Origin: Lama glama
Taxonomy: Eukaryota
Assembly: GCA_028534125.1 (NCBI GenBank)
Contig: CM052817.1
Location: 60,948,001 to 61,012,000, forward strand
Length of the DNA: 64,000 nucleotides
Direction of reading: 5' to 3'
This document shows positions 1-11,746 of this stretch, in pieces (position 1 is the first letter of the stretch; every line of letters begins with the position of its first letter). The notes beneath the pieces are model-generated. The model was not told where the DNA came from. It made no database searches and worked only from the letters and a program-made list of their open reading frames with translations. A program made the position numbers and the translations under genes.

Positions 1-110
1 CACAAAGTTGATTTGGCAGACTTAATAAGGGCCCAGGAACCTCTTTGTAATGACTATTCCAACTGGTTCTCATGCAGGTAGATGATCCTTGAAATACAAT
101 TGGAGAAACT
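1..110. mobile_element. MER5-like hAT DNA transposon fragment
   Basis: gggcccaggaacct...ttctcatgca...ttggagaaact resembles the MER5 terminal half. Confidence 0.4.
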
Positions 111-228
111 GTGTAAAAGGGATAATGAGACCTCAGTCTATAAACAAAGATTAGGACCAGATAACTGGGATTTACATGCTGATCTGGGCTATGTGGTTGA
201 TATATGATAGCCAGTGAGACACTGCTGA

Positions 229-1180
229 ATTTTTAACAAGTTTTTATTATGAAAATTTTCATGTGTAAGTACAACTAATTGTCTAATGCATCTTTACATC
301 ACCTATATCTAGCAATTGTCAAGATTTTTGTACATTTGCTTCATTATTCCTTTTCAGTAGACCTCATGTTATTTCATCCTTACATGCATGTAAATGTGGT
401 TCCAAAGGTACAGACATCTTTTTAGATAACCACATTGCCTTTATCACAGCTGGAGAAAATTAACAGTAACTTTGTTGGTATCATATAATACTGAACTTAT
501 ATCCACATTTTATCAACTGTTTAAAAAAAAAAAGTCCTTTTACTATTGAATCCGAATCCAAACAAGGTCCAAACAAGGTCCACACATTGCTTTTCATGCT
601 ATATCTTGGGCTGTCTTGCTCAAGAGCGATCCTTCCTCACCTCCCTCCTTCTTCTTTGTTGAAACTGAACATTTGTTCTATGGAATGTTACATGATGTGG
701 GTTTGCCTTTTTGCACTCTTGTGGTGTCATTTAACTTAACATGGTATCCCCCATCTTTAAGTTCAGATTCATTTTCTTCTTTTTTTAAAGAATACTTCAT
801 AGGGGTCTGAGTACTTCATAATGCATGAAAAATTAGGAAGCATAGAATATCAGTGTCTTCTTAGGTGTTAAAATTGATGAATGAGTTCAAATGGTGACAG
901 ATTGATTGCTATATTGTCAAATTCCCCCAACAAACTTTGGTCTAATTTCATTCGTTGTTAATGATTGCTTAAATAAAATTTTTCATTAGAGGTTGCAAAA
1001 TGTTGATTTTTCTATATTTTATTTTTTCTACCCTTATTAGATGGAATTATTCTGAAAATAAATTTCCCAGGCGAACTGAGACCATTTGATTACTCTGAAA
1101 TACCATTTATATAGGATTGATAGGATAAATGCTTAATTCTTTCTCATAATTGCCAACTGTTAAGGTAAAGTTACAAACAA
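229..1180 (-). mobile_element. Old L1 (L1M-type) 3' region
   Basis: Begins tttttattatgaaaattttc (antisense L1 3' end) and contains aatccaaacaaggtccacacattgc, typical of L1ME/MD 3' UTRs. Confidence 0.55.
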
Positions 1181-1577
1181 TAGTTGACAATACTTTTTGG
1201 GGTTTTTTTTTGGTTTGGTTGGTAGGTTGGTGGTTTTTCATGTTTGTAAACTGATCAGAACACAGCTTAAAATAATTCATTTTGACTTGGAAGTTTTTAT
1301 TTTAAATAACCTACAGAGGAATGCATTTCAAGTTAACATTCAATTTTTGGCATCTCTTGAGAAACATTTTTTGAGTTCTTGTGAATTGAATAATCATCAA
1401 AACCTGAGAATTCATAAACCCATTAGATACATACTCTGTGGCCAGGCAGAACAAAATTTAACTTGAGGTTTGAGCAATAACTACAGGCCTTAGTGCTTGT
1501 ATAATACTTGGATAGATGTGAATAGGTAACTAGACATGTAAAGAATAAACTAAATATGCCTGCATGGTTTTGTTTTC

Positions 1578-2230
1578 CTTCATTTTTATTTGAGACCATC
1601 GTAAACTTACAGAAAAGTTGCAAGCACAGTGTGAGGAACTTTTCACCAAGCTGTCTGAGAGTAAGCTGAGTAGTCCCTAAAAAGGAGAACATTCTCTTCT
1701 CTTATATTACCACAGTAAAACCAGCAGAATCAGGAAACTAACACTGCTCCCATCTATTTCCCAGACACCATTCAAGTTTTCTCAATTGTTCCAATGATGC
1801 TCTTTATTAGAAAAGGACAGTTTAGATTCAGGCATCAGATTTATTATCAGGTCTCTTTATCTTCCTCTAGCCTGGAATAGTTCCTGAGCCTTTGCCTTTC
1901 ATCATCTTGACACTTCTAAAGATTACAGGATGGCTGTTTTCTAGAACGTCCTTCAGTTTGAGTTGGTTCGATGTTTTCTCTTGATTGGATTCAGATATGC
2001 ATCTTTGGCAGGAATATCATACCATCTATGCTGTGTTCTCTGCATCCTAACACACGGCACATAAATTTGACTTGTCCCATTGCTGGTGATGTAAACTTTG
2101 ATCACTTCATTAAGCTGGTGTCTGTCCTACTTCCCCATGGTAGTAGAGTCCATCTTCTTTTACTCATAATCAGTGCATATTTTCCAAGTATTTATCAAAC
2201 TTACAATGTATTCATCAATCCTCTGTATGT
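1578..2230 (-). mobile_element. Old L1 (L1MD/ME-type) 3' region
   Basis: tttttatttgag...aaacttacagaaaagttgcaag start, plus ggtgatgtaaactttgatcactt motif. Confidence 0.55.
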
Positions 2231-2525
2231 AACAGATCCCGGCTGTCCAGGCACAGAAAACCCCCTCTTTCTGCTTAAATTTCCATATCCTGTACTGCGG
2301 CCATCGTCCAGCCCCTACAGACACCAACATTACTTAGAGTTTCACATCCCGTGACAGGAAGCCTCTGCAGAGCCTACTCACACTACTCAGCTCTGATCCC
2401 TCCCTCAGGGCAGATGGCTAGCTTCCTCTGCCCACCTAATGAAACAGAAGGAACGAAAAGGGAAGGTGAAGAAAAAGAGCTTCCTGTTTATTCTCAGGGC
2501 AAATAAAAGTTATTTTACCACAAAC

Positions 2526-2606
2526 TACACACACACATACACACACACACACACACAAATCTATCTCCAATAAGCTATAGATGTGTCTGTGTGTGTTTGT
2601 GTGTGT
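2526..2606. repeat. (CA)n followed by a degenerate (TG)n microsatellite
   Basis: Read directly from the sequence. Confidence 0.85.
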
Positions 2607-2739
2607 AACTAAATCCAGTCCAGCCCCAGAGATTCGTCTGTCCAAGGAGTTCTAAATGGCAGGTTGGATCAAGCCCCTGCTAGTACTAGTGAGAACAACT
2701 TTCAGTCGTTTCTGGGCACTGCAAAACCAGGTTCTACGG

Positions 2740-3340
2740 AGCTCTCTCTGCTGGCGTTTCTTTTCACTCTCTTCCAGAGGACGAAACTCCTTTGGGGACG
2801 ACAGGCATCTCTAAGGTAGAAAGCCGCAATTGCACCCGCCAGTTGCGTCCCACTCCCGCGCCCCAGGTGCCGTGCAGGAGAGCGCCCCGAGGTGGGGCGT
2901 GTTGGGCGCAAGCAGGGGCGTGCCCGGGGCAGGGCGTTTCTGATTGGCTTATTTGCTGAGAATACCGAAGGCGGGTCGACGCGGCGGCTGGGTGGTGCTC
3001 ACCTGGGAGATGTTGCCTCAGCTTCGCCCAGACCTCCCGGGTTTTAGCGCTTCCGCCCGGCCGCGGCGGGGAGAGGGATTGGAGGGAGGAAAATGGTGGA
3101 GGAGAGCACACCCTAATCCAGCAGGGGTGGAGGGAGTTAGGCTGTAGTTTCTGGGGGTTTGCCGGAAAATCCACACGCGGTATTAAACCTGGGGCTCCTG
3201 AGGCTGAAGGGTAGGTAATTCCTGTACCTTGAGGATTCAGAATTGCCCCGAACGCAGGCGCCTTTCATTTACCTTTGGGCACCCTCCGCCTTTGGGCACT
3301 CTCCGCTTGCTCCGCATTTAGTAAGGAATCCTACGGCAGG
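2740..3340. promoter_or_regulatory. Upstream CpG-rich, promoter-like element
   Basis: CpG-dense; GGGGCGTG (SP/KLF) motifs near 2894 and 2915, ATTGG at 2943-2947, CACCTG at 3000-3005, CACGCG at 3174-3179. Confidence 0.6.
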
Positions 3341-4059
3341 TGTTGAAACTATAAAATATCCCTGCCCTAAAACTACTTGGCGGAGAGTTTTCTGCAAATT
3401 ACAATCCTAGTTGGTGCTGGGAAAAGGGGACGAAGAGAATTTTCCAGGGGATGGGGGTCTGTAATTTGGTACATAACTGTACCAGTTTTACTTTCCATTA
3501 AGAGACTACATTAAGTCGACCTGGAGCGAGAGCTGAAAAATGAGAAACGTATTCTGAGATAGGTTTTTTTTTTAATTCTAACATTGATTTTAAATGGTGG
3601 GCGTCACTTAGCAATTATATATCTAAGAACACACATATTATGAAAGATTTATATACACACACATGTATCACATGCATACATATACATATGCCATATACAT
3701 GAGAGATTTTAAATGCGTGAGCGCCAACGGTGGGAGCTTTGATCCTAGTTTGGACGCAGCAAAGGACAGGCGGGTTTCTCACCTCCCCGCGCCAGGCGGG
3801 TCCAGCCTCGCCTGGAGCCGCTCGCCCGCCCACAGTCGCACACGTCTGACCCTAGTCCGACGGGGCTCCAGCCGAGTGGCTGCTCCGCATCCCGTCACGC
3901 ACCCCAGCCGCTGGCGGGGTGACACACAACGGAGTCAAATTACAACCCACAATTAACATATGAATTTACAAACTTAAAAGAGAAGAGAAGAAAAAAAAAA
4001 AAAACAAAAACCTAGAGCGGGCGCTTGAGCCCTCGGAGAGCAGGAACTTTTTTTCTCCG

Positions 4060-4245
4060 GGTGTAAAAACTCTTTGATTGGCTGCTCGCACGCGCCTGCC
4101 GGCGCCCGCCATTGGCTGAGCAGACACGCGACCGGCGCGAGGAGGGGGCTGGGAGAGGAGCGGGGGGAGACACACTGGCGCGTGCCGCTTTTTAAAGGGG
4201 CGCAGCGCCTTCAGCAACCGGAGAAGCTTCGTTGCACGCGACCTG
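4060..4245 (+). promoter_or_regulatory. ATOH1 core/proximal promoter: two inverted CCAAT boxes, four class-C (HES/HEY) sites, TATA-like box
   Basis: ATTGG at 4077-4081 and 4111-4115. CACGCG at 4089-4094, 4125-4130, 4235-4240 and CGCGTG at 4179-4184. TTTAAA at 4191-4196. TSS inferred near 4215-4225. Confidence 0.85.
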
Positions 4246-4388
4246 GTGTGTGATCTCCGAGTGGGTGGGGGAGGGTCGAGGAGGGGAAAAAAAGTAAGAC
4301 ATTGCAGTAAAGACCCGGGAAGGGTTTTTTGTTGAGCGGGTTCGCCAGTTCCTACTTTGACCCTGCGCCTCCGAGCTTCTGCAGTGCA

Positions 4389-5447
4389 ATGTCCCGCCTG
4401 CTACATGCAGAAGAGTGGGCTGAAGTGAAGGAGTTGGGGGACCACCATCGCCATCCCCAGCCGCACCACCTCCCGCAGCCGCCGCCGCCACAGACACCTG
4501 CGACCCTGCAGACTAGGGAGCATCCCGTCTACCCAGCCGAGCTGTCCCTCCTGGACAGCACCGACCCACGCGCCTGGCTGGCTCCCACTTTGCAGGGCAT
4601 CTGCACGGCACGCGCCGCCCAGTACTTGCTCCACTCCCCAGAGCTGGGTGCCTCGGAGGCCCCGGCTCCCCGGGATGAGGCGGACGGCCGAGGGGAACTG
4701 GTGAGAAGGAGTGGCGGCGGCTGCAGCAGCAAGAGCCCCGGGCCGGTGAAAGTGCGGGAACAGCTGTGCAAGCTGAAAGGCGGGGTAGTGGTAGACGAGC
4801 TGAGCTGCAGCCGCCAGCGCGCCCCTTCCAGCAAACAGGTGAACGGGGTGCAGAAGCAAAGGCGGCTAGCGGCCAACGCCAGGGAGCGACGCAGGATGCA
4901 CGGGCTGAACCACGCCTTCGACCAGCTGCGCAACGTTATCCCGTCCTTCAACAACGACAAGAAGCTGTCCAAGTACGAGACCCTGCAGATGGCCCAGATC
5001 TACATCAACGCGTTGTCCGAGCTGCTTCAAACCCCCAGCGGAGGGGACCAACCGCCGCCGCCACCAGCATCTTGCAAGAGTGACCACCACCACCTTCGCG
5101 CAGCAGCCCCCTACGAAGCAGGTGCGGGCACCGCGACTGCAGCTGGGACGTCGCCGGCCGCCGGAGGGGGCCAGCGGCCAACCCCACCCGGAAGCTGCCG
5201 GACTCGCTTTTCGGCCCCGGCCTCGGCAGGAGGATACTCGGTGCAGCTAGAAGCTCTGCACTTCTCGACTTTCGAGGACAGCGCCCTGACGGCGATGATG
5301 GCGCAAAAGAACCTGTCGCCTTCGCTGCCGGGGGGCATCCTGCAGCCAGTGCAGGAGGAAAGTAGCAAAACTTCGCCCCGGTCCCACAGAAGCGACGGGG
5401 AGTTTTCCCCTCATTCCCATTACAGTGACTCGGATGAGGCAAGTTAG
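4389..5447 (+). CDS. ATOH1: Atonal homolog 1 (ATOH1/Math1), single-exon proneural bHLH transcription factor, 352 aa
   Basis: ATG at 4389 starts [20 protein letters not shown]. The b[60 protein letters not shown] (~4857-5027) and Ser-rich C-terminus [24 protein letters not shown] are the recognisable mammalian ATOH1 sequence. The ORF track start at 4329 is a TTG 20 codons upstream. Confidence 0.99.
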   Translation: MSRLLHAEEWAEVKELGDHHRHPQPHHLPQPPPPQTPATLQTREHPVYPAELSLLDSTDPRAWLAPTLQGICTARAAQYLLHSPELGASEAPAPRDEADGRGELVRRSGGGCSSKSPGPVKVREQLCKLKGGVVVDELSCSRQRAPSSKQVNGVQKQRRLAANARERRRMHGLNHAFDQLRNVIPSFNNDKKLSKYETLQMAQIYINALSELLQTPSGGDQPPPPPASCKSDHHHLRAAAPYEAGAGTATAAGTSPAAGGGQRPTPPGSCRTRFSAPASAGGYSVQLEALHFSTFEDSALTAMMAQKNLSPSLPGGILQPVQEESSKTSPRSHRSDGEFSPHSHYSDSDEAS

Positions 5448-6450
5448 GAAGGTGACAGAAACCTGCAAAACTGAGACAGAAACAAAATCGCCCTTTCCCA
5501 GTGTGCGGAAAGCCCCGCGGTTAAAGATCTCCGCACCCTTTTAATTTTTGCTAAGCGATGGTCGTTGTTTAGCAACGACTTGGCTTCAAATGGCAGCTAC
5601 ATTTGATGGTTTGCAAAAGCAGCAGCTATTCCAAACTTCCTATCGTCCATGTTGTTTGATGAAAGCTTGCTGTTGAAGTTGAGTTCTTTCCTCCCACCTT
5701 CTGCTGCCCCTGTAGATAGATGAGATATAATTATATGTACTCCTACATAGCATCATTATTCTAGTTCCCTGCTGCCAATACGCTGCTAAAACGTCGCATC
5801 TTCCTCTCTGTCGCTGGTTTGTGTTTAATTTATTTTATGCCCTGGGCATCCATCCCTGTGTGTTGCGCGCACTAACGTGTGGGAGAGTTAGTATTTCTAA
5901 GTTGTCTCCCAATATGCATTATGAAACGCAAAGTTAATGCTTCCAAAGTGAATAACTTTTGACTATGGAATTGTTAGAAAACAAGGAACTTTGAGGTTTA
6001 TACATTGTATAAACATACCCAGGATGTTTAGCGGACCGCGAGAGCATTGGCGTCTTTTAGGAAACTTGGCGCACGCACTTTATCAGCCGCTAATGCTGTG
6101 GCTCCGGGACAAACTCAACTGCCAACTGCAGACCAGTTCTGTTTTTGTTTTTGTTTTTTAAACACGGCCACTTATTATTATTAAGGTCTTTGCAAATGTT
6201 TGTTTAAAAATTAAAATAAAAAAACACATCTAGTAGTGTCAAAAGCATTTGGTCAATTTTATTTTGCTTTGTTAATGTTAGAAAACTTATTTATTATTGA
6301 GTGTTTGCGACCATTTCTACTTATCTTGATTCGTTTTTTTTACATTTTCTACTCAAAATCATTTTATTTTAATTTAGCAAAGCCAACTGCTATTGTTTTA
6401 TGTATTCCTTTTGCAAATGGTAAAAATAAACGTGAGAACAACTTTTATTT
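5448..6450 (+). other. ATOH1: ATOH1 3' UTR
   Basis: Follows the stop codon, becomes U-rich distally, and carries AATAAA at 6215-6220 and 6425-6430. Confidence 0.75.
6425..6430 (+). terminator. Likely main polyadenylation signal (AATAAA); an alternative lies at 6215-6220
   Basis: AATAAA followed ~15-30 nt later by U/GU-rich sequence (cttttatttgtcactt). Confidence 0.65.
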
Positions 6451-8739
6451 GTCACTTACTTATTCCATTCTAATCATAAGCATTAAAAGCAGTTTTAAAT
6501 GACCTTGGAGACTTGAACTGTCTTCTAGTAAATGCAAATTTATGATACCTAAGAGTTTTGAAGAATAATTCCATTATAAACTTTATGCCTTCAAGTAGTA
6601 CCAGAAATCCTACATAGAAAAGCACTGGTCAGTAATTAAATTGTGAGATAAAATTTATCCCAAATTTGCAGCACAATTTTTTTGCCTCTTGAATCTTTCC
6701 ATTCGTCTTTATTCCCAGCCCCAACAAACTCTGCAAGAGGTTTCAGGTCACCTGGAGTCTAGTGGAGTAGTGGGAGTAGTAGGGAGTAGTGAACTTTGCC
6801 AGAATTCGTTATTCCACTTTATAAAAACTTCAGCCAAGACAAAAGGTTTTCTCATAGTTCAAATACACACTACCAACTTTCTCTCCTGTCCTCCCTCCCT
6901 CTCTCTCTTTCTCTCCTGTTTGTAGGGGGAGGAGGGGGAGGCACAAGGAGGAAGAGAACAATGGAAAAGAACTTGAGGGGAAAGTGCTATGGGGGGTTCA
7001 TCGATTCAAAAATAGAAGCCTGCAGTTGTCCTAGGAAATTGTTGGGCTACACTCAATTTTTCCTTTCCTAACAATTCTGCTTTTTTCCAATAAAAATAAT
7101 GTTTGCTTTTGAATTGTCCTTCTGAATTAATGCCTGTGTAGAAAACATACCTCACATTTTTGAGTCAGTTACAGAAATTAAAGTGTGCTCACTCTCATCT
7201 CAGGGGCCACAGGAAAAGTATATTCTGGATCTTAAGATCACAGATTTTGAAAAAGCTAATATAGTGCATGTAAGGAGAGATTAGAAAGTGGACTTTTTAC
7301 AGTGTTTTTGGCAAACTTGAGAGTAAAATTACTTATTAAGCCAAAGATTGGGCGAGTGTCCACTGGATAAACATACTGAATTTGAGAGGTTGATTTTAAG
7401 CCAAATCCTTTATATTTTGTATCTTCGTTGGGATAACAAATTGCGAGAACACGGGAGCGGTTGGGTCGGGGTTGGGGTGGAGGGAGGCAAGTGGGAGAAA
7501 GTTAGTTTAATTGCTCCTGCAGCGTCTTCTCTCCCCAGCACCTTGAAAAACGGAGTGCACCGCAAATCGTGTTTGCAGAAAGACTAATGCTGGAGAGAGC
7601 ACAGTTCTGGTCTTGAGGGGGGAACCGAGGAACAAGTTATTAACTGACCACCTAGGGCTCCGTGGTTTTCACCTGAAGCCGACCACCAAGGGAAGTCCGA
7701 GCCTCCGCCGGCTCTCTGGGCAGCGGCTCGTGACGCTTTCCAGGGGCAGAAACAATGCACCTGTCCCTTAGATAACCTTTTGCACCCAATGAGTCTGCCG
7801 GGCTCACGATAAACATCAGGAATCTTCGGGGCTGCTGAATAAATCAAGCGATTGCTTCTAACACATTTCCATTTCGCTTACAATAAGCAGGCTCAACAGG
7901 CATGGACATAGAGCTACCTTGCAGGATGAGCGCACACGTATTTTTAGTTATTTGGCTTGGTTTGCTTGCGTGCATGTGTGGCTGGAGAGAGAAGAGAGGA
8001 CATAGTATTCTTTTACCTGTTATGAATCTGAGTAAGGGAAGGACAGGACTAAGAAAAATAAAGTTGTGATTTTTTTTCTCAAAGAAAACAATCTATATTT
8101 CATTCCTCAAAACTATTTATACTCATTTTGTTAGCCAGAGTTAAAAGACTCTTACAAAGTTATTACATTTCTTTTCTTGGACTCCTAGAACTTTCAAAAC
8201 AGAAATGACATCAGAAACATCTTCCTTCCTATCTTTTATAAATGAGAAAACTACTGCCCCTGACTTGCCCCCAAATTACACAGCCAGAAAATGTCAATAT
8301 CCAGAACATACTCACTCACATCCACTAGGTCAATGTACCCACATTTTTTTTTCTTTAAGAAAATCAATTGAATAGGAGCTACATCTATGTAAATTTCAGG
8401 TCCCCCGCCACCCCCGTACCACAATGATAGTCAGATATTTATACTTGTGAACGTTAGTGGCATTATATATGAATTGAAGAAAATGCCAGCTTCATTTAAT
8501 GAAGTCACTTTACATTTCTTCTCAAGAGAAAAACAGCCATACAGAATATCAGATTGAAAATTCTATATCACACTGATTGAAAAGTGAGGATGAATTCTTC
8601 TGACGCATCAAGATAGGCACAAAAAGACAGATTACTTTGCGGTAAATTAAATACTCAAAGTTCAAATGAGGACTTAACCTCTTTTTTCTTTCCTTCATTT
8701 GATTTCTTTTAACACTGGCATTTCTTTGAAAGAGGTGTA

Positions 8740-9310
8740 CAATCACATTTCCATGTTAAGGTTCTGCTATGGAGTTTGCATAACAAACGTTTGGCAGCTC
8801 GCTCTCTTACACTCCATTAACAAGCTGTAACGTATAGCTGCAGGTTGCTATAATCTCATTAATATTTTGGAAACTTGAATATTGAGTATTTCTGAGCGCT
8901 CATTCCCCATATGCCAGACCACTCCTGCCATGCTGACTGGTTCCTTTCTCTCCATTATTAGCAATTAGCTTCTACCTTCCAAAGTCAGATCCAAGTATCC
9001 AAGATACTAGCAAAGGAATCAACTATGTGTGCAAGTTAAGCATGCTTAATATCACCCAAACAAACAAAGAGGCAGCATTTCTTAAAGTAATGAAGATAGA
9101 TAAATCGGGTTAGTCTTTTGCGACACTGCTGGTGCTTTCGAGAGTTTTATATACTTTAAGCAGCTTGCTTTATATTCCGTCTTATATTCTGTCTTCCACC
9201 CCACTACCACTTTTATTTGTGGAGGGTTTTGGCTCATCACACTTTTTGAAACTTATTTGATTTCACAGAAAGCTGAAGGAAGAGGCTTTTTGACAGCAGG
9301 CAAATTTAAA
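8740..9310. promoter_or_regulatory. ATOH1 3' enhancer A
   Basis: About 3.3 kb past the stop codon, as for the known Atoh1 3' enhancer. Recognisable conserved block (ggagtttgcataacaaacgtttggcagctcgc...atcacccaaacaaacaaag) with SOX/TCF site AACAAAG at 9063-9069 and AGATAA at 9098-9103. Confidence 0.85.
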
Positions 9311-9759
9311 CTCTTCTCCATGGGACCTTGCTAACTGGGGGCCCAGCTTGACCAGAAAAAAAGAAGAAAGATAAAGAATCTTAACCAACACAGGACCAAA
9401 GCTTTCACTAGGCCTTTCTATTGATTTTAGAGACTTAAAGCTGACCCAAGTAAGTAGTCTTTCATGTAAGGGTGTCTTGTAATTATTTCTCTCCTCTGTT
9501 CATTTGAATGTTCAAGAAACAGGTGATCAACTTCTGGGCAGTTCCAAAGCCCAGTTAGAGCTGGAAAGTAAAAGTAGCAGACCCATTTGGCAATTGCAGT
9601 CTAGACTCGTCATCTGCAATCTGGAAAAACCAGCAAGTACTAGTGAGAGTTACAGACTACCTCTAGCAGCTGAATCGCTTGCAGTTAGTTTTGTGAGGAG
9701 GAGTGGGAGATGGGGGTGGGAGGAGGGTAGTTATAAAAAGGTAACGCTTTTACTCGCTG

Positions 9760-10570
9760 TTTTGGACCCCGCACTCACCAGCCACCCTCAACCCCTAGGC
9801 TGAGCAGAGTCCCAGCCGCCGACCACTGAGGTCCCTCCCCTTCTGCTGGGCCACTAACAAGAAAAGGCGAACGGAGAGGAGAATGGGTTAAAATGCTGGG
9901 ACACCAGGCAGAGGCAGGGGAGGAGAGAAGTCTGGGGGAAGATAAAGAAAAGGACAGGAACCAAGAAGCGTGGGGGTGGTTTGCCGTAATGTGAGTGTTT
10001 CTTAATTAGAGAGCGGTTGACAATAGAGGGGCTGGCAGAGGCTCCTGGCCGCGGTGCGGAGCGTCTGGAGCGGAGCACGCGCTGTCAGCTGGTGAGCGCA
10101 CTCTCCTTTCAGGCAGCTCCCCGGGGAGCAGCGCGGCCACATTTAACACCATCATCACCCCTCCCCGGCCTCCTCCACCCCGGCCTCCTCCTCGTCGACA
10201 GCCTTCCTCGGCCCCCCACCGGCAGAACTCACAGAAGCGAGCGTCTCTCGCCGCCTCCCGCGCCCGGCCCCGGCCCCTCTCCTCCCCCGGCTTCGCAGCG
10301 GGCGCCGCCACTGCCCACTGCACCTCCCGGCAACCAGCCCGGCGAGAAAAGAAGCCGCGCAAAGTTAAAGCCAAGCAATGCCAAGGGGAGGGGAAGCTGG
10401 AGGCGGCGGTGGCAGGCGAGCTGAGGGGTCGCCCGGGAAGAGTTGGGCTGGGGACTGAGGCACCTGAAGCAGTGAACCGGGACAGGGAAGCAGGCGCATC
10501 CTCCCGCGCAGGGGCCTTGCAAACGCTCTGCGCGACTACTCGGCCCAGGGCTTGCGGTGGAAGATCCACT
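9760..10570. promoter_or_regulatory. CpG island over and distal to enhancer B
   Basis: Very GC/CpG-rich segment with C-rich runs at 10160-10330. Confidence 0.75.
9870..10230. promoter_or_regulatory. ATOH1 3' enhancer B with the autoregulatory E-box
   Basis: gagcacgcgctgtcagctggtgagcgcac core: C-site CACGCG at 10076-10081 next to E-box CAGCTG at 10086-10091. Palindrome GCTCCCCGGGGAGC at 10116-10129 (known ZIC1 site). SOX-type ACAAT near 10020. Confidence 0.9.
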
Positions 10571-11697
10571 CACTTTTTCCAGGCAAAGATACAGTTCTCC
10601 AGTCCCTCCCTTATTCTAAAATATCCCATATTCTCTCTATATGTGGATGCTGTTAAAATTAGGGTTTCAACTTTAATTGACAACAGAGCACGGGCACTGT
10701 CTCCCACAATCCAGGGCTCAGACACGTGTATGATTCACTTTCCTTCAGCTCCTTAAGAAAAACAGAACTAAGCATTTTGGTGCAAAGATTTGAGGCCTCT
10801 CTATATCCCAGAATTCTTCTCCCTATTTAAGTCCTGCTTCCAAAACCAAAAGGCAAGTAAAATTGGTTTTTGCTGCCTGATCTGCAGGAAGGCCAGGCCT
10901 CATGAGTTCCCCCAGGGAAACCAGAAGTTTCCTCCATAGGCATGAAAACAAGCCGCTCTCTAATATAAGTTTGGGGTTTTGGTTTTGGGTTTTTTTGTTT
11001 GTTTGTTTGTTTTGTTTTGTTTTGTTTTAACAATTCTGATTAAAGAGTTAAGCAGCTCAGTGATCTGATAAAGGAAATGTGTTCTGATGGCCGGCAGGTT
11101 CAGCCCAGCTACTGTCAGGATGACTAAGGAAGGTATGAGTTAGGGTCTGAGGTGGCTGTCTTGGGGTTTTCCAAACCAACAGATGCTCTTTGGGGCCACT
11201 TACTTGTCTCTTCTAGAGACAGTTCTCCCTTCCTGCCCCTACAAACTCTTGGTGATGAGATGCTGGTAGAGGAAGGCCTAGGGTTGGGAGGAGTTCTCAT
11301 TGTGTGGCAGGGGTGATGGATGAGTTGGCATTTTAGGAAGGAGCAGGTGTCATTTGCGGCCTTTATATCTTAAAAGCCACAAAACTAAGATCTGAAAACA
11401 TAGGGCCACTGGTTGACCAGGAAAGTGGCAAGTCAGTTCTTTTCCCTTTTAATAACATGTATCTGCTTCTGGAAACAGCCTAGCGGAAATGTACAGGATA
11501 CTTTTTTTTTCTGAAAATTTCTTATAACCCAAAAGATGTTGATTTGGCAGGTCAAAGAAGAAAGCCAAGAGGCTTCCTACAGGACTCCCAGGTGAATCTG
11601 ACCCAAGTAGAGCCACGGACTGACCTACAGGAGTCTCTATTAGACCTCTTCTTGAGATTGCCTATAGAAATGGACCCTGGCTAGTAATCCCCTTTTG

Positions 11698-11746
<49 letters not shown>
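11698..11746. repeat. (TAGA)n tetranucleotide microsatellite
   Basis: Read directly from the sequence. Confidence 0.95.

Larger units (their letters stand above)
3715..5570. promoter_or_regulatory. CpG island covering the ATOH1 promoter and coding exon
   Basis: High GC with dense CpG, against AT-rich CpG-depleted flanks. Confidence 0.85.

Noticed and set aside
4329..4388. 20-codon N-terminal extension of ATOH1 from a TTG
   Set aside because: The known protein starts at MSRLLH (ATG 4389). The TTG sits in a T-run with poor context and the extension has no other support.
4192..5468. Overlapping antisense and alternate-frame ORFs across ATOH1
   Set aside because: Expected shadows of a GC-rich coding exon; no recognisable protein.
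9854..10756. ORFs of 74-187 aa over enhancer B
   Set aside because: Low-complexity Pro/Gly/Arg/Ala translations of stop-poor CpG-island DNA.
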